From an uncultured bacterium (GTDB taxonomy: Bacteria; Pseudomonadota; Gammaproteobacteria; Burkholderiales; SG8-39), in the NCBI GenBank assembly GCA_965233125.1, contig CBDDRQ010000222.1, positions 7,806 through 71,805 on the forward strand: a DNA stretch of 64,000 nt, read 5' to 3'. Made by a program: the position numbers and the translations under genes. Below, in pieces: positions 17,915 to 28,159 of the stretch (positions are counted from its first letter, which is position 1; each line of letters opens with the position of its first letter). Below the pieces are notes generated by a model that did not search any database, was not told the DNA's origin, and saw only the letters and a list, made by a program, of their open reading frames with translations.

Positions 17915-18633
17915 GTCCTGGAGAGCCTGCGTAGCTCGATCAGAAGCACGATGCGAAAACGTCGGAGGAGTTGCGTGCTGTTAACAATGCGCTCATAGAG
18001 CCAGCCGAAAGCATAGGTGACGACATTGAATCGTAGATACTCGGGCCTACCTTCAATCAGTTCAATCGATGTGACCTCGAAGCCGCAGCGGTCAGCCGAA
18101 CGCCGGATCGCTTCAGGCGAGTTGATGCGGTACTGAGTAGGGAATGTATCCACCTCTGGTCGTTCGCGCAGTCGGTTTATGAGTCGGTGAAACGCTATGG
18201 GCGTTAGCGCCGCGATTAGCGGCATGTAGTGCGTCCGGTTTGGCGTCTTTGCGAGAAATACGCCAGCGGGCTTCAACACCCGTGCAACTTCCCGCAGTAC
18301 CACATCAGGATCAGTGAGATGCTCAAGTACGTTGTCGCAGACGACTATATCGAATGTGGCGTCTGCAAAAGGTAAACGATCTGCAAATCCTTCATACGCC
18401 TCGTCCAGAAACCGGTTCTCGCGTACCCGGGGATCCGGATCGACGCCCACTACGCGGCGCGCGAGACCTTTGAAGTTCATCTGCTTTACCCGACCTGCTC
18501 CCGCACCTAGATCTAACAAGGCCATGTCTGCCTTGAGGTGCCTCAGAACGGCCTCTCTCAACCGTTGGTCATCCCAGTTTGCTTCATAGTCGGGATAGAA
18601 CTTTCGATCGAACCATTCGACCAACACCTTCAT
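17911..18633 (-). CDS. Class I SAM-dependent methyltransferase
   Basis: LLDLGAGAGR (motif I), FDIVVCDNVLEHLTDP, and LKPAGVF. Confidence 0.75.
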   Translation of the reverse strand: MKVLVEWFDRKFYPDYEANWDDQRLREAVLRHLKADMALLDLGAGAGRVKQMNFKGLARRVVGVDPDPRVRENRFLDEAYEGFADRLPFADATFDIVVCDNVLEHLTDPDVVLREVARVLKPAGVFLAKTPNRTHYMPLIAALTPIAFHRLINRLRERPEVDTFPTQYRINSPEAIRRSADRCGFEVTSIELIEGRPEYLRFNVVTYAFGWLYERIVNSTQLLRRFRIVLLIELRRLSRT

Positions 18634-20310
18634 CTACCTAACTTTCAGGGAGGGCTCTGCGGCCAGGGTAAAGATCGCTTGTAGCGGTGGAATGCCCTCG
18701 AGATCCCATGTCAGAACCGGGCGCTCCATTGTCAGACCGAACTCCTGCGCGTAGCTGCCCTTTGTCAGAGCGAAAACCGAGATGCCCTCCCCAAAGAGCT
18801 GCAGATGCCGTCCTCTCGGCGTGACTAGCCTCACGCTTGGGCCGTCCACCATGACCTGAACACCCGGATGCAGCGGGATTGATCCTTTGACACGGTGCAC
18901 CCCGCCGCCATGTACGCGATCCGTCCATCGCACGATATTCCGATTTAGCTCGACGCTGCGATGATGTATTGGCCGCCCCGCTAACCGCTCATATCCGTCG
19001 TGGGCGCAGGAAGCAAAGGCTCGATCCTTGCCAAGGTCGACAATGCGGTTCATGGGGCGCGCACGCCGTGCAACGCGAAACGCCGCCCACACTTCGGACG
19101 AGTCGACACCATCGATCTCGACGGTGTTGTGTGCGCGCGTGGAACGCTCGAAGTAGCGCTGCGTCCCTTGCTCGTACGTCGATGTTCCGGAGTTCGAGAT
19201 CAAGCGCTCGGAGTTGACCGATAGTTCGAACGAGAGCGTGTCAGCATGAGCGTGACCGGGTTGGTAATCTGGCCCTACCGGCGCGGCATCGAAAATAACG
19301 CACCAGTCTGTATGCTGGAGGCGTACATATCCCGAGGATGAGAGATCGACTGTTCCAGGGGCGACGCGTTGTGCGGCCAGCTCCAAGCCGAGCTTCTCCG
19401 CATAAGTGTGCAACTCGGAGGATGTGGGCGCGACTGCGAACGATGCATCGTTAAAGAACGCAATGCCTCCGTCCGGGTGGGACATGGCCTGCAACCAATG
19501 ATCCATCCGTCCGGCAACAGTGGCGAGCGCTTCTTCCCACTGAAGCATTCGGCCCTGCGTCCTTTCAGGGTAGGCGCGCACTACATTCACGAGATCAAGC
19601 ACATCCTCAAGCACGCCCGCGTGGTACATGGGACTTCTCTCGAAGTGTCCACCATCCTCGAGCACTTGCTCAGCCAGTTGCTGGGTCAGGATCTGAAGTC
19701 CCTGCTCGAGCCAGTTGTCTGCTTCAGCGCCAGAGAAGAAAAGGCCGCCAAACACAAGCGCTTTCGCGTTGGCAAGAAGATGATTCCCAAGCAAGTGCCA
19801 CTCAATCCGCTTTTCAAGGAATCGCAGTTGTTGGGCGAGGCTGGCGATTGCGTGTTCTTCGAGAGTGTTGCCCGCACACGCCCATTTGATCCAGTTCACT
19901 ACTCGTAGTGAGATTGGATAAGGTTCCCAACCAACACCTTTCGCGGCCGGATTGTCACGAATCCATGCTGCGATCAACAGGTGGTGCCATGGTGCGCGAA
20001 TGGAAGCGTCTTCGGCGACCAGATCATTGAAGTAGTGAAGGTTGTACAGCCAGAGTCTGTCCGTATCCTTCGCTCCCCAGTCCTCAGGTAAGGTAAGTTC
20101 ACGCTCGACGTTGAGAAATCGCACTCGCGTGGGTGCCAAGACCGATGCCGGGCGTAGTGGCGGTGATGCCCACTTACCCGTCATACGCGATTGCGGTGGA
20201 GGCGCAGCTACGGTCGGCGTGGGTCTAACAAAGCGGAAGCGGATGCGTCCGAGGATTTGCTGAGACCGGAGGTGCTTAAGCGTGTGGTAATAGAGTGCGG
20301 CTTTCAGCAC
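18634..20310 (-). CDS. Heparinase II/III-like (alginate-lyase-fold) family protein
   Basis: WEPYPISLRVVNWIKW, LLGNHLLANAKAL, GGHFERSPMYH, GHAHADTLSFEL and RAHNTVEIDG motifs. Confidence 0.7.
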   Translation of the reverse strand: MLKAALYYHTLKHLRSQQILGRIRFRFVRPTPTVAAPPPQSRMTGKWASPPLRPASVLAPTRVRFLNVERELTLPEDWGAKDTDRLWLYNLHYFNDLVAEDASIRAPWHHLLIAAWIRDNPAAKGVGWEPYPISLRVVNWIKWACAGNTLEEHAIASLAQQLRFLEKRIEWHLLGNHLLANAKALVFGGLFFSGAEADNWLEQGLQILTQQLAEQVLEDGGHFERSPMYHAGVLEDVLDLVNVVRAYPERTQGRMLQWEEALATVAGRMDHWLQAMSHPDGGIAFFNDASFAVAPTSSELHTYAEKLGLELAAQRVAPGTVDLSSSGYVRLQHTDWCVIFDAAPVGPDYQPGHAHADTLSFELSVNSERLISNSGTSTYEQGTQRYFERSTRAHNTVEIDGVDSSEVWAAFRVARRARPMNRIVDLGKDRAFASCAHDGYERLAGRPIHHRSVELNRNIVRWTDRVHGGGVHRVKGSIPLHPGVQVMVDGPSVRLVTPRGRHLQLFGEGISVFALTKGSYAQEFGLTMERPVLTWDLEGIPPLQAIFTLAAEPSLKVR

Positions 20311-22430
20311 CGCAGCATTTCCGCCGCGCGCAAAGTCACGTCGGTGACTTCCAGGAGCTCTTCAAGCGGGATCGGAACCTCGTTCATGGTCTCAAGAGCG
20401 CGCACGAACGTCGCCGCACAGGCACGTTGTCCCTTGTCCTGTCGCCAGAGGTTCATTCTTGAAAACTTTCGCCAGCCATAGCCCCTAAGGCGACGGAAAT
20501 TGTCGAGCTGAAGGACGGCTCCCCCGGCAAAAATCTCGAGCCGCTCCTTTGGAAACGCGCGGTTGCCGTTCGCAAGATAGTGGACCGTCCCGAGCGAGCC
20601 GTCTGTGAACTCGAGAGTAATCGTGGCGCTGTCGGTGGTGTCTCCGAGACGCGCGGCCTTGCACGTAGCTATGGGTGATGCGGCCAGAAACCGGAGTAGG
20701 TCGATGAAATGGCAGGCTTCACCAATGATTCGCCCGCCTCCAACGGCGGCATCTTGTGTCCAATGCTCGGTTGGTATGGCGCCTGCGTTGATGGTCATCA
20801 CAAAGGCCTTCGGTAGAGGCGCCGCCGCGATGAGCGCGTTGATCCGCTGGATGTGGGGGGCGAACCTCCGGTTGAACCCAACCATTACGATTGGCGCATG
20901 GTCCTGTCCGACAAGGTCGGCGTATGTTGCCTCAACACGAGCCAGCCCTTCTCGGTCGATCGCAAGAGGTTTTTCGACAAACACGTGCTTCCTGGCGCGG
21001 AGTGCCTTACAGACTAGATCGGCGTGGCTATCGTGTCTTGTTGCGATTACCACGGCGTCAATCTCATCATCAGCGAAGATCGCGTCCGCGTCGCTTGTAC
21101 TTGCCTCGAAACCGAACTTCCGCCCCACACGCACCGCGCTTATACCGCCACTAGACGCCACTATCTTCAGGCGAGCGTTCGCTTTTTTGAATGCCGGGAT
21201 TAGTACCCGACTGGCGTAGTTTCCTGAGCCAATGAACGCGACCGTTGGCCTGGGTGTCGGTGTCCGCGGCGAGCGAAGGACAATCGTCTGGGCTCGCAGG
21301 TGTTGCCCACTCTCTTCTTGTGGCGACGGGTATTTCAAAAGAACCCCGAGAGAATGCTCGGTGCCAGAGATCAAGCCGTAGGCCCTCTCGGCATTTGCGA
21401 ATGCAAACCTATGAGTAATCAGTGGGCCTGAACTTAGGCGGCCCTCTGCGAGCATGTCCAGCACTGCCTCAAGGTTCCGTTGTTCTGTCCAGCGTACGAA
21501 ACCGAAAGGGTAATCGTGGCCCATCTCCTCATAGGCTGCGTCGTACCGTCCCGGGCCATACGAACACGACACTTGTAAGCTCAATTCTTTCTCGTAGAAG
21601 TCTGCTCGTGATAGGTGAAGGCCCGCAATGCCTACTAGTACTATTCGGCCGCGTTTGCGGCACATCACTGCTGCGTCATGTATAGGCTCATTGCTGTTGG
21701 TTGAGGCCGTAATGATTGCCCCATCTACGCCGCGGCCGCGCGAAAACCGCAGGCCCGCAGCTATGCAGTCCTCCCCCTGGGCGGGGTTCACTATCTCAGC
21801 ACCGAATTCGCGCGCCAATGCAAGTCTTTCGGAGCTGAGGTCGATCCCCAATACCCGACATCCGTTTGCCCGGAGGATTTGGACCGTCAAGAGCCCGATC
21901 AGCCCTAAGCCAATCACGACAAACGCTTCGCCAAGTGTGGGTGCCGCCAGCCGGATACCTTGCAGCGCAATCGCACCTACAACCGTAAGGCTGGCGTCCT
22001 CGTCACCTACGGCATCTGGGATCGCCGCGCACAAGTTGGCCGGGACTCGCACGATCTCTGCGTGCTGACCATTTGAAGCGACTCGGTCGTTCTCCCTGAG
22101 ACCAACAACACCTCGGCCCACGGCCAACACACGTCCGACATTGCAGTACCCCATTGCAACGGGCTGATCGAGCTTGCTATTGATTGCAGAAAAAGTTTCG
22201 AGAACTCCATCAGCACGAACCTTGTCCAGGGCTGCGCGCACCTTGTCTGGCTGCTGAAGCGCCTTCTCAACGAGGTTTGCTTTGCCGAACTTGACGATCA
22301 TCCGTTCGGTCCCACTGGAAAGCAGGCTGACTGTGGAGCGAATCAGGACAGACCCATCGGTTATCTGGGGACACGGCAGATCTACCAAGCTGGTCTCACC
22401 CGATCGGAGGTTCTGCAATAGCTGCTTCAA
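20304..22430 (-). CDS. Bi-domain oxidoreductase (Zn-ADH-like N-terminus + Gfo/Idh/MocA C-terminus)
   Basis: N-terminal MDR/ADH pattern with a GLGLIGLL Rossmann. The second half has FIGSGNYASRVLIPAF...HVFVEKPLA of the Gfo/Idh/MocA family. Confidence 0.75.
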   Translation of the reverse strand: MKQLLQNLRSGETSLVDLPCPQITDGSVLIRSTVSLLSSGTERMIVKFGKANLVEKALQQPDKVRAALDKVRADGVLETFSAINSKLDQPVAMGYCNVGRVLAVGRGVVGLRENDRVASNGQHAEIVRVPANLCAAIPDAVGDEDASLTVVGAIALQGIRLAAPTLGEAFVVIGLGLIGLLTVQILRANGCRVLGIDLSSERLALAREFGAEIVNPAQGEDCIAAGLRFSRGRGVDGAIITASTNSNEPIHDAAVMCRKRGRIVLVGIAGLHLSRADFYEKELSLQVSCSYGPGRYDAAYEEMGHDYPFGFVRWTEQRNLEAVLDMLAEGRLSSGPLITHRFAFANAERAYGLISGTEHSLGVLLKYPSPQEESGQHLRAQTIVLRSPRTPTPRPTVAFIGSGNYASRVLIPAFKKANARLKIVASSGGISAVRVGRKFGFEASTSDADAIFADDEIDAVVIATRHDSHADLVCKALRARKHVFVEKPLAIDREGLARVEATYADLVGQDHAPIVMVGFNRRFAPHIQRINALIAAAPLPKAFVMTINAGAIPTEHWTQDAAVGGGRIIGEACHFIDLLRFLAASPIATCKAARLGDTTDSATITLEFTDGSLGTVHYLANGNRAFPKERLEIFAGGAVLQLDNFRRLRGYGWRKFSRMNLWRQDKGQRACAATFVRALETMNEVPIPLEELLEVTDVTLRAAEMLRC

Positions 22431-23668
22431 GGGCTACCCTCTAGACGTGACATCTCTCTACTAAACGAGAACTCACGCTTCTGTATACCTTCTACAACCA
22501 TCTCTGCTATGAAGAGCATCAAGCATGTTGACAACTCTATCTCTCGCCAGTCGCGCTTCTCTTCGGAGAACGGCTGCAGGATCGCGAGGTCGTGACCTGC
22601 GTCCTTAGGGTTATAGTGGAATCGGCTATGCGACTGGCGCCGCCACACGTCCATGGTTCGGAAGTCGTCGATTTTCGCGATGAGCTCACCGCATTGAAGA
22701 TTGATCGTTTCATTGATACCTTCGAATGGTTCCGTTCTTGATGCAATGACGATTGCCACTAAGTCTCCGCGGTCGCTGACCAAGGTGATAGCAAGATTGT
22801 CATCCCTCGCGGTCTGATCACTATACGTCAGCACGATCTGCCATCGGTCTGGGATCCCGGTCCAGCTGAGCATGTGAACTGCCAGATCAAGCCAGTGACC
22901 TACATTCCCGCAAACGCGTGTGCCCTCTTCAGGCTTTCGGTACCAATGCTCGGCGCCGATTGCGTGTCCGCTAATAAAGCAGGAAAGCGTTAGACAGCGC
23001 CCTTGATACGCGCCGTAGGAGCGCAACGTTCGGATAGCTTGCGAGAAAGGCCGGTTGTAGCCGCAATATATAGGGGCGCTAGATGCCCGCACAGTTGTCA
23101 GTAGCCTTCCGAACTGCTCCCAACTAACGGACAGTGGTTTCTCCACATAGACGGTCTTGCCGTGCTTCAGCGCTTCTATTGCGTAGTCCGCGTGTGACGC
23201 ATGGTTCGATGCAATGTACACAGTCCTAACCTGAGATCCCTGGATCACATCGAGAGGCTCAGCGGCAGGTCGTGCCGGGGCATAGAAGCGCACAAATGTT
23301 GATAGCGCCTCTGGGGAGACGTCATAGCAGACCGCGAACCGATTACCGAATGCCTTGGATATCGCATAGCCTATCGTTGAGAACGCGTACTGCCCGCATC
23401 CGATAAGCCCTAGGTCCGGTGTACTTGGCCGCCCCCCGAAGGCACGGAAGATCGCCGCGCTGGAACGTGCCCGCCCGGCGACTTTATAGATTGTTCGCCG
23501 AAAGCCCCATAGCCGGGCGTATCGCCAAAATTTCCGCAACCCCTCGGTGAAGACTAATACTCTAGATCGAACAAGAGATTTCAACGTACGATGTGGGCGG
23601 CTAGCATGCGTCGACTTGCCTGAATGTGAACAGTTGGAGACGCTGTCGTGATGGCGTATGCGCGACAA
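22427..23668 (-). CDS. Gfo/Idh/MocA-family oxidoreductase
   Basis: LGLIGCGQYAF...ASNHASHADYAIEALKHGKTVYVEKPL. The real start is more likely the TTG at 23584 (TTGA overlap with the upstream stop) than the ATG at 23668. Confidence 0.65.
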   Translation of the reverse strand: MSRIRHHDSVSNCSHSGKSTHASRPHRTLKSLVRSRVLVFTEGLRKFWRYARLWGFRRTIYKVAGRARSSAAIFRAFGGRPSTPDLGLIGCGQYAFSTIGYAISKAFGNRFAVCYDVSPEALSTFVRFYAPARPAAEPLDVIQGSQVRTVYIASNHASHADYAIEALKHGKTVYVEKPLSVSWEQFGRLLTTVRASSAPIYCGYNRPFSQAIRTLRSYGAYQGRCLTLSCFISGHAIGAEHWYRKPEEGTRVCGNVGHWLDLAVHMLSWTGIPDRWQIVLTYSDQTARDDNLAITLVSDRGDLVAIVIASRTEPFEGINETINLQCGELIAKIDDFRTMDVWRRQSHSRFHYNPKDAGHDLAILQPFSEEKRDWREIELSTCLMLFIAEMVVEGIQKREFSFSREMSRLEGSP

Positions 23669-24759
23669 CGTGCGGGGTACGTATCATAGGTGGATGCGTC
23701 CATGTCCACGAAGGTCTGTAGTGCCCCAACGAAATCACTAGCCTTGCCAAGCGAAACAACAAAACCGACCCCCGCTGTCGAGACGTCCTGCCAAGGAGTC
23801 TTATCACTGATAACAACGGGACAGCCGCTAGATAGGGCCTCATGGATCACGTGGCCGAAGTTCTCGTTAAGTGTCGGCAGTGCAAACACGTCGCCGCGTG
23901 CGAGTACTGCTCCGACGCGGTCACGCTCGATCTCGCCGCAATAGGTTGCGTTTACATTCCCCGGAAGTAGAGCGATCTCGCTTTTGCACCGATCCCAGTA
24001 TTCAGGATCCGCAATGGGGCCCCAGATGTCGAGCGAGATTGCTCCATGCAATTGCCCGGCAGCCCGAAGAAGGCTCAGAAGGTTCTTCTTTGGCGAAATG
24101 CGAGATAGATAGACAATTCTGAGTACGCCGGGCATCTTTGGGGAGGATCTTTGACGGGTACGAAATTCACTCGAAGACAGATCGGACGCGACCAGTACCC
24201 GAGCCTGGGTGCCAAGAGCCTTCCTTATGTCTTCTGCTTCGAGTTCGGTAGACGCCTGCCAAGCTGCACCAGAATAGACTCCGAGAAGGGACTGAACCCG
24301 AATAAACAGGGATTTCTTTAAGGACTTGAGAGACAGTGCGCCGGGGGACAGTTCGCCGCGCGGAGCGACGATCATTGGTCTACGGCGTAGTGCGTGAAGT
24401 TTCATCAAGACCGCTGGCAATGCAGAGAACAGAGGGTCAAAAAAACTATTCAGATAAAGAATGTCATATTCGACAGAACGAATCGCCCTAATTAGGCTGA
24501 ATGGTCTCGACAGGGTTGCATCCACATAGCAGACCTGAGCGCCGTTGCGCTCGAGCCAGACGCCTTCCTGTATGCCCTTCAACGGAGCTTTCTGTAGAAA
24601 ATCGCGATTCAGGCAGACGATACGAAATGCGAACTCGTCGCGAAGAACGGCAACCAGATTCGCCACGCTTGTAATCGGTCCGCCAAATCGGAAGCCCGGT
24701 TCGTAGTGCTTGAGCAGTATTAAGACGCGTGGATTGTTAGTTGACCTCATGAGGTACAA
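23581..24759 (-). CDS. Glycosyltransferase (GT-B fold, GT4-like)
   Basis: YLSRISPKKN..., FALPTLNENFGHVIHEALSSGCPVVISD (E-x7-E region). Confidence 0.7.
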   Translation of the reverse strand: MYLMRSTNNPRVLILLKHYEPGFRFGGPITSVANLVAVLRDEFAFRIVCLNRDFLQKAPLKGIQEGVWLERNGAQVCYVDATLSRPFSLIRAIRSVEYDILYLNSFFDPLFSALPAVLMKLHALRRRPMIVAPRGELSPGALSLKSLKKSLFIRVQSLLGVYSGAAWQASTELEAEDIRKALGTQARVLVASDLSSSEFRTRQRSSPKMPGVLRIVYLSRISPKKNLLSLLRAAGQLHGAISLDIWGPIADPEYWDRCKSEIALLPGNVNATYCGEIERDRVGAVLARGDVFALPTLNENFGHVIHEALSSGCPVVISDKTPWQDVSTAGVGFVVSLGKASDFVGALQTFVDMDASTYDTYPARCRAYAITTASPTVHIQASRRMLAAHIVR

Positions 24760-24766
24760 GTGGCCA

Positions 24767-25978
24767 TCAAGCTGCGCACGACATACGCTCCGCTTTTTTG
24801 CCTTCGAAAAACCCGGAATTCAGTTGACCAATCTCCTTGCGACGGCCAGACAGCATCAGTTGGTACGCGTGCTGATATGTGGCGCCAACGTGTTCGATAC
24901 CAAATGCGCTCGCTAAACGAATGCGCATAGCGGCACCGGTACGGATCCTCAATCCATCGTCCTCAATTAGTTCGAGTAGTCGATCAGCCAAGCCCCGACA
25001 GTCTCTTGGTGTCACAAGAAAGCGTTCTCCTTCAGGTCCTACCTGGAGAGCGGCACCGCCTACGCGGGTTGCTACGACGGGCAATCCCTCCCGCATAGCC
25101 TCAAGAACCGCGTTCGAGTTTCCTTCAAAGTAAGAGGGGAGTACAAAGATATCCGCCTTACCGAGCTCTATACGCACATTCTGAGAATATCCAACAAAGT
25201 CCACTATATCGCTGAGCTTGAGGATGGCTACCAATTCACGAAGTTCGGATTCCTGCGGCCCCTCGCCGACTATTCGAAGCCTTACCTTGTGCGTGGCGCG
25301 CGACGCAACTAGTGACCAAGCGCGAAGAAGATCTGGTAAGCCCTTTTGAGGTGTAAGACGCCCGACAAATAGGGCGATCCGTGGTGCTTCCTCTCCGGGA
25401 TGTCGGTCTACGCGCTGAGGTGGAAGCAATGGTATGCCGTTCGGGACCTTTAGTACGCGCTCCTCGGGGAACCCTATGTCCGTCAACTCCAGGGCACTCT
25501 CCGGCGTCATCGCTACGACCGCGTCTGATAGTTTTAACAATGCAACGCGTAGATAGCCGAATCGCCTATACCGCACGTCTGGAATGCCGAACTGCCCGTA
25601 GTTGGGTAGCTTAGTGAGCACCGGAACACCAAGGCACTTCGCCAGGACGGTTGCGAGGCCACCGAACCAACTCGTGTTGTGAACGTGAACCAGATCTATC
25701 TTGCCTCTGAGGAGTATCAGTGCTCTTGTTAGGACAAATGAGGACAACAGAAATCGTACTGGCTTCGATTCATGCCACAACACTCGATGCACGCGAATTC
25801 CATCGACTGAGTCGGTACTGCTTTGGTCCGGGTGGAAGCGGTATGAGAGGCCATACACTTGGTTGCCATTGCGCGCTAGCGTCTTAGCCAATTCGTGGGC
25901 CTGTCGCTCAAGCCCACCAACGATCGGAAAGGGATACTTCGGTACTACCATCAGTACGCGAATAAACGGGCCAGGCAT
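24767..25978 (-). CDS. Glycosyltransferase family 4
   Basis: VPKYPFPIVGGLERQAHELA, FVGRLTPQKG, and FVLPSYFEGNSNAVLEAMREGLPVVAT. Confidence 0.75.
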   Translation of the reverse strand: MPGPFIRVLMVVPKYPFPIVGGLERQAHELAKTLARNGNQVYGLSYRFHPDQSSTDSVDGIRVHRVLWHESKPVRFLLSSFVLTRALILLRGKIDLVHVHNTSWFGGLATVLAKCLGVPVLTKLPNYGQFGIPDVRYRRFGYLRVALLKLSDAVVAMTPESALELTDIGFPEERVLKVPNGIPLLPPQRVDRHPGEEAPRIALFVGRLTPQKGLPDLLRAWSLVASRATHKVRLRIVGEGPQESELRELVAILKLSDIVDFVGYSQNVRIELGKADIFVLPSYFEGNSNAVLEAMREGLPVVATRVGGAALQVGPEGERFLVTPRDCRGLADRLLELIEDDGLRIRTGAAMRIRLASAFGIEHVGATYQHAYQLMLSGRRKEIGQLNSGFFEGKKAERMSCAA

Positions 25979-25979
25979 C

Positions 25980-26753
25980 TTAGGCGTGGACCCCGCCAGG
26001 TGCTTCGTGCTTTATCCACATCCGTCCCGTGTAGTCGATTCGATTCAAGAGAATCGCTTCTCCACAGAAAAACTCGTCAACTGCTTTCCTTGAGCCCCGC
26101 CAATGCCCGTAGTCGTCAACGATTAATACACCGCCATTGGAAAGTCGAGGGTAAAGATGAACTAGCTCATGCAGCGTTGACTCATACCAGTCTGTATCAA
26201 GCCTTAGTATTGAGATGTTCTGCGGGGCTTGATCCGGGATCGTAAGTTTGACGTCACCTTCAACTAAGTGGATCTGCTGCTTTGCGTACTGCGTGCGCGC
26301 TAAGTTCTCTTCCACTTCAGCTCGCGACGCATAGCACCACGAGCTGGAGTTCTTTGAGTTCGGCTTGCTCGCGAAAGGTACCGACGCCGGTTCCCCGTTG
26401 TACGACTCGTCGATATCTGTTGGAGGGGTCATGCCTGCAAACGTGTCAAAGAGATAGAGATGTCGGTCATAGATTCCAACTTGTTGGAGAGTGAGCGCAA
26501 CAGCCATCATGCTTCCCCCCTTCCAGACGCCGCACTCCACGATACTTCCGACAACGTTGGCGCGAGAGACGTATCGAACAGCCTCGATAAGTGCGAATAT
26601 CCTTTCGGGGCTCGTCATGGTGAAGGGCTGGACCTTCCTTATGACGTCGATAGCTCTATCATCGAAATCCACGGGAAAGTCGCGCGTGCTACTCCGACGC
26701 GTAAGGTCGTACCCCGCGCTCTTCAGGATGTACTTTACGAACCCTCTAATCAT
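25980..26753 (-). CDS. TylF/MycF/NovP-type sugar O-methyltransferase
   Basis: VECGVWKGGS...LFDTFAGM...LRLDTDWYEST...GGVLIVDDYGHW, the macrocin-O-methyltransferase pattern. Confidence 0.75.
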   Translation of the reverse strand: MIRGFVKYILKSAGYDLTRRSSTRDFPVDFDDRAIDVIRKVQPFTMTSPERIFALIEAVRYVSRANVVGSIVECGVWKGGSMMAVALTLQQVGIYDRHLYLFDTFAGMTPPTDIDESYNGEPASVPFASKPNSKNSSSWCYASRAEVEENLARTQYAKQQIHLVEGDVKLTIPDQAPQNISILRLDTDWYESTLHELVHLYPRLSNGGVLIVDDYGHWRGSRKAVDEFFCGEAILLNRIDYTGRMWIKHEAPGGVHA

Positions 26754-26809
26754 CAGTGTCCCTGCTTATTGATATGGCCATATCTCACTTAGGCTTGTAG
26801 CGGTGCTTC

Positions 26810-28054
26810 TTACAGCAGGCCAGTCCGACGCTGGCTCAACAGTGATGTCGCGGTGACTGAGAGTACCAACGCACCGATGCCAGTAGCCATGCCAGCGCCA
26901 AACATGCCCCAACGCTCTGCCATTGGGACGGTGACCACGCCCAGAACGACTAGTTGGCCTACCCGTGCCGCTATCGTTCGCCCGTGTACCGAAGCGGCCA
27001 TGGCAATCGCCTTAGTATTTTCAAACCAAAGAGTGGAAAGAGCATAAAGAATTAGGCCAGGAACAATGAGCGCCCCTATGGCGAAGGTCGGGCCAAACAC
27101 AAACGTTACCGCTTCAACTGGACTGTAGAGGTATGCAAGCCCCGCAGCAGCAAGTACCAGCGTGATCGCTACAGGTCCGGTGCGTAGAATTCTTCGAAAC
27201 ACTGCCGGTAGATTGGCGGCGCGGCAATAGAAGGAGTACAGGACTGTCTGTATTGGGGCCATAAAGAAATTCAGCACTCCGTCGATCGCACGTCTAACGG
27301 CGAAATACGCTCCAAGTGACTCCTGCCCAAGAGTGTATCCAACAAGTGCAAAGTCCAACCTTAGCGAGATCCTTTCAAGAGCGTTGAGTATCCACAACGA
27401 GCGGGAATAGCTCCACAGAAGCCTTAGTGCTCTCGAATTTGCGCGCAAGGACCAGGGACGCTTGTACAGAAACAGGAAAGCCGCAAACGGCACCAAGCTC
27501 GTAAGCAGATCCCGGATGGCGATTGAGATTATTCCGCCGGACTGATGAAGTACGGCAAGCCCTGCAATCACGCCGGTAGTAGCTGCGATTACCTGCACGA
27601 GCGCAATTGGCCGGTAGTTGAGTTGCGCTCTGAAATCTGCATCCAGCACAAACGAAAACCAACCTAGTACACGTGCACTTGCAATAAGAAGAACCGTCAG
27701 CGATACCCCATCACTGTTCCATTGCGCATCCTCCAACGCGATCTTGTATGCGAGCAGGCTAAGGATTAGGAACGTGACTGTCTGCAGTACCGTCGCTAAT
27801 AGCACCGCAGCTCTAAGGTTGGCGTCGTCCGGGTCGCGTATTAGGACCTGATTGAATCCGAACCCTACGAGTGCTGCGACTATCTCTGTAGAGATGACGA
27901 CGCGGGCATACACTCCCATCGCATCAGAGCCGAGTGCCCGCGCGAATATGGCCAACGCAAGCAAGTTGATCACTCCAGATATCGCGGTGGCGGCGAACAT
28001 CCACGAAGCGTTACGACGGACGGTGTCTAGCAATGGCTGCATAGAACTTGCCAT
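26810..28054 (-). CDS. wzx: Oligosaccharide-unit flippase (Wzx / polysaccharide biosynthesis protein family)
   Basis: 414 aa with ~12 TM helices. Position is within a Wzy-type locus. Confidence 0.6.
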   Translation of the reverse strand: MASSMQPLLDTVRRNASWMFAATAISGVINLLALAIFARALGSDAMGVYARVVISTEIVAALVGFGFNQVLIRDPDDANLRAAVLLATVLQTVTFLILSLLAYKIALEDAQWNSDGVSLTVLLIASARVLGWFSFVLDADFRAQLNYRPIALVQVIAATTGVIAGLAVLHQSGGIISIAIRDLLTSLVPFAAFLFLYKRPWSLRANSRALRLLWSYSRSLWILNALERISLRLDFALVGYTLGQESLGAYFAVRRAIDGVLNFFMAPIQTVLYSFYCRAANLPAVFRRILRTGPVAITLVLAAAGLAYLYSPVEAVTFVFGPTFAIGALIVPGLILYALSTLWFENTKAIAMAASVHGRTIAARVGQLVVLGVVTVPMAERWGMFGAGMATGIGALVLSVTATSLLSQRRTGLL

Positions 28055-28159
28055 GTGACGTTCATACAGCGACCGATCGTCCGTGGCGCAATGCGAAATT
28101 CGCGGTTGTGAGAGCTATGTTGCATACAACGCCGGGCTCTAGCCTCTCGCGCACGTGAT

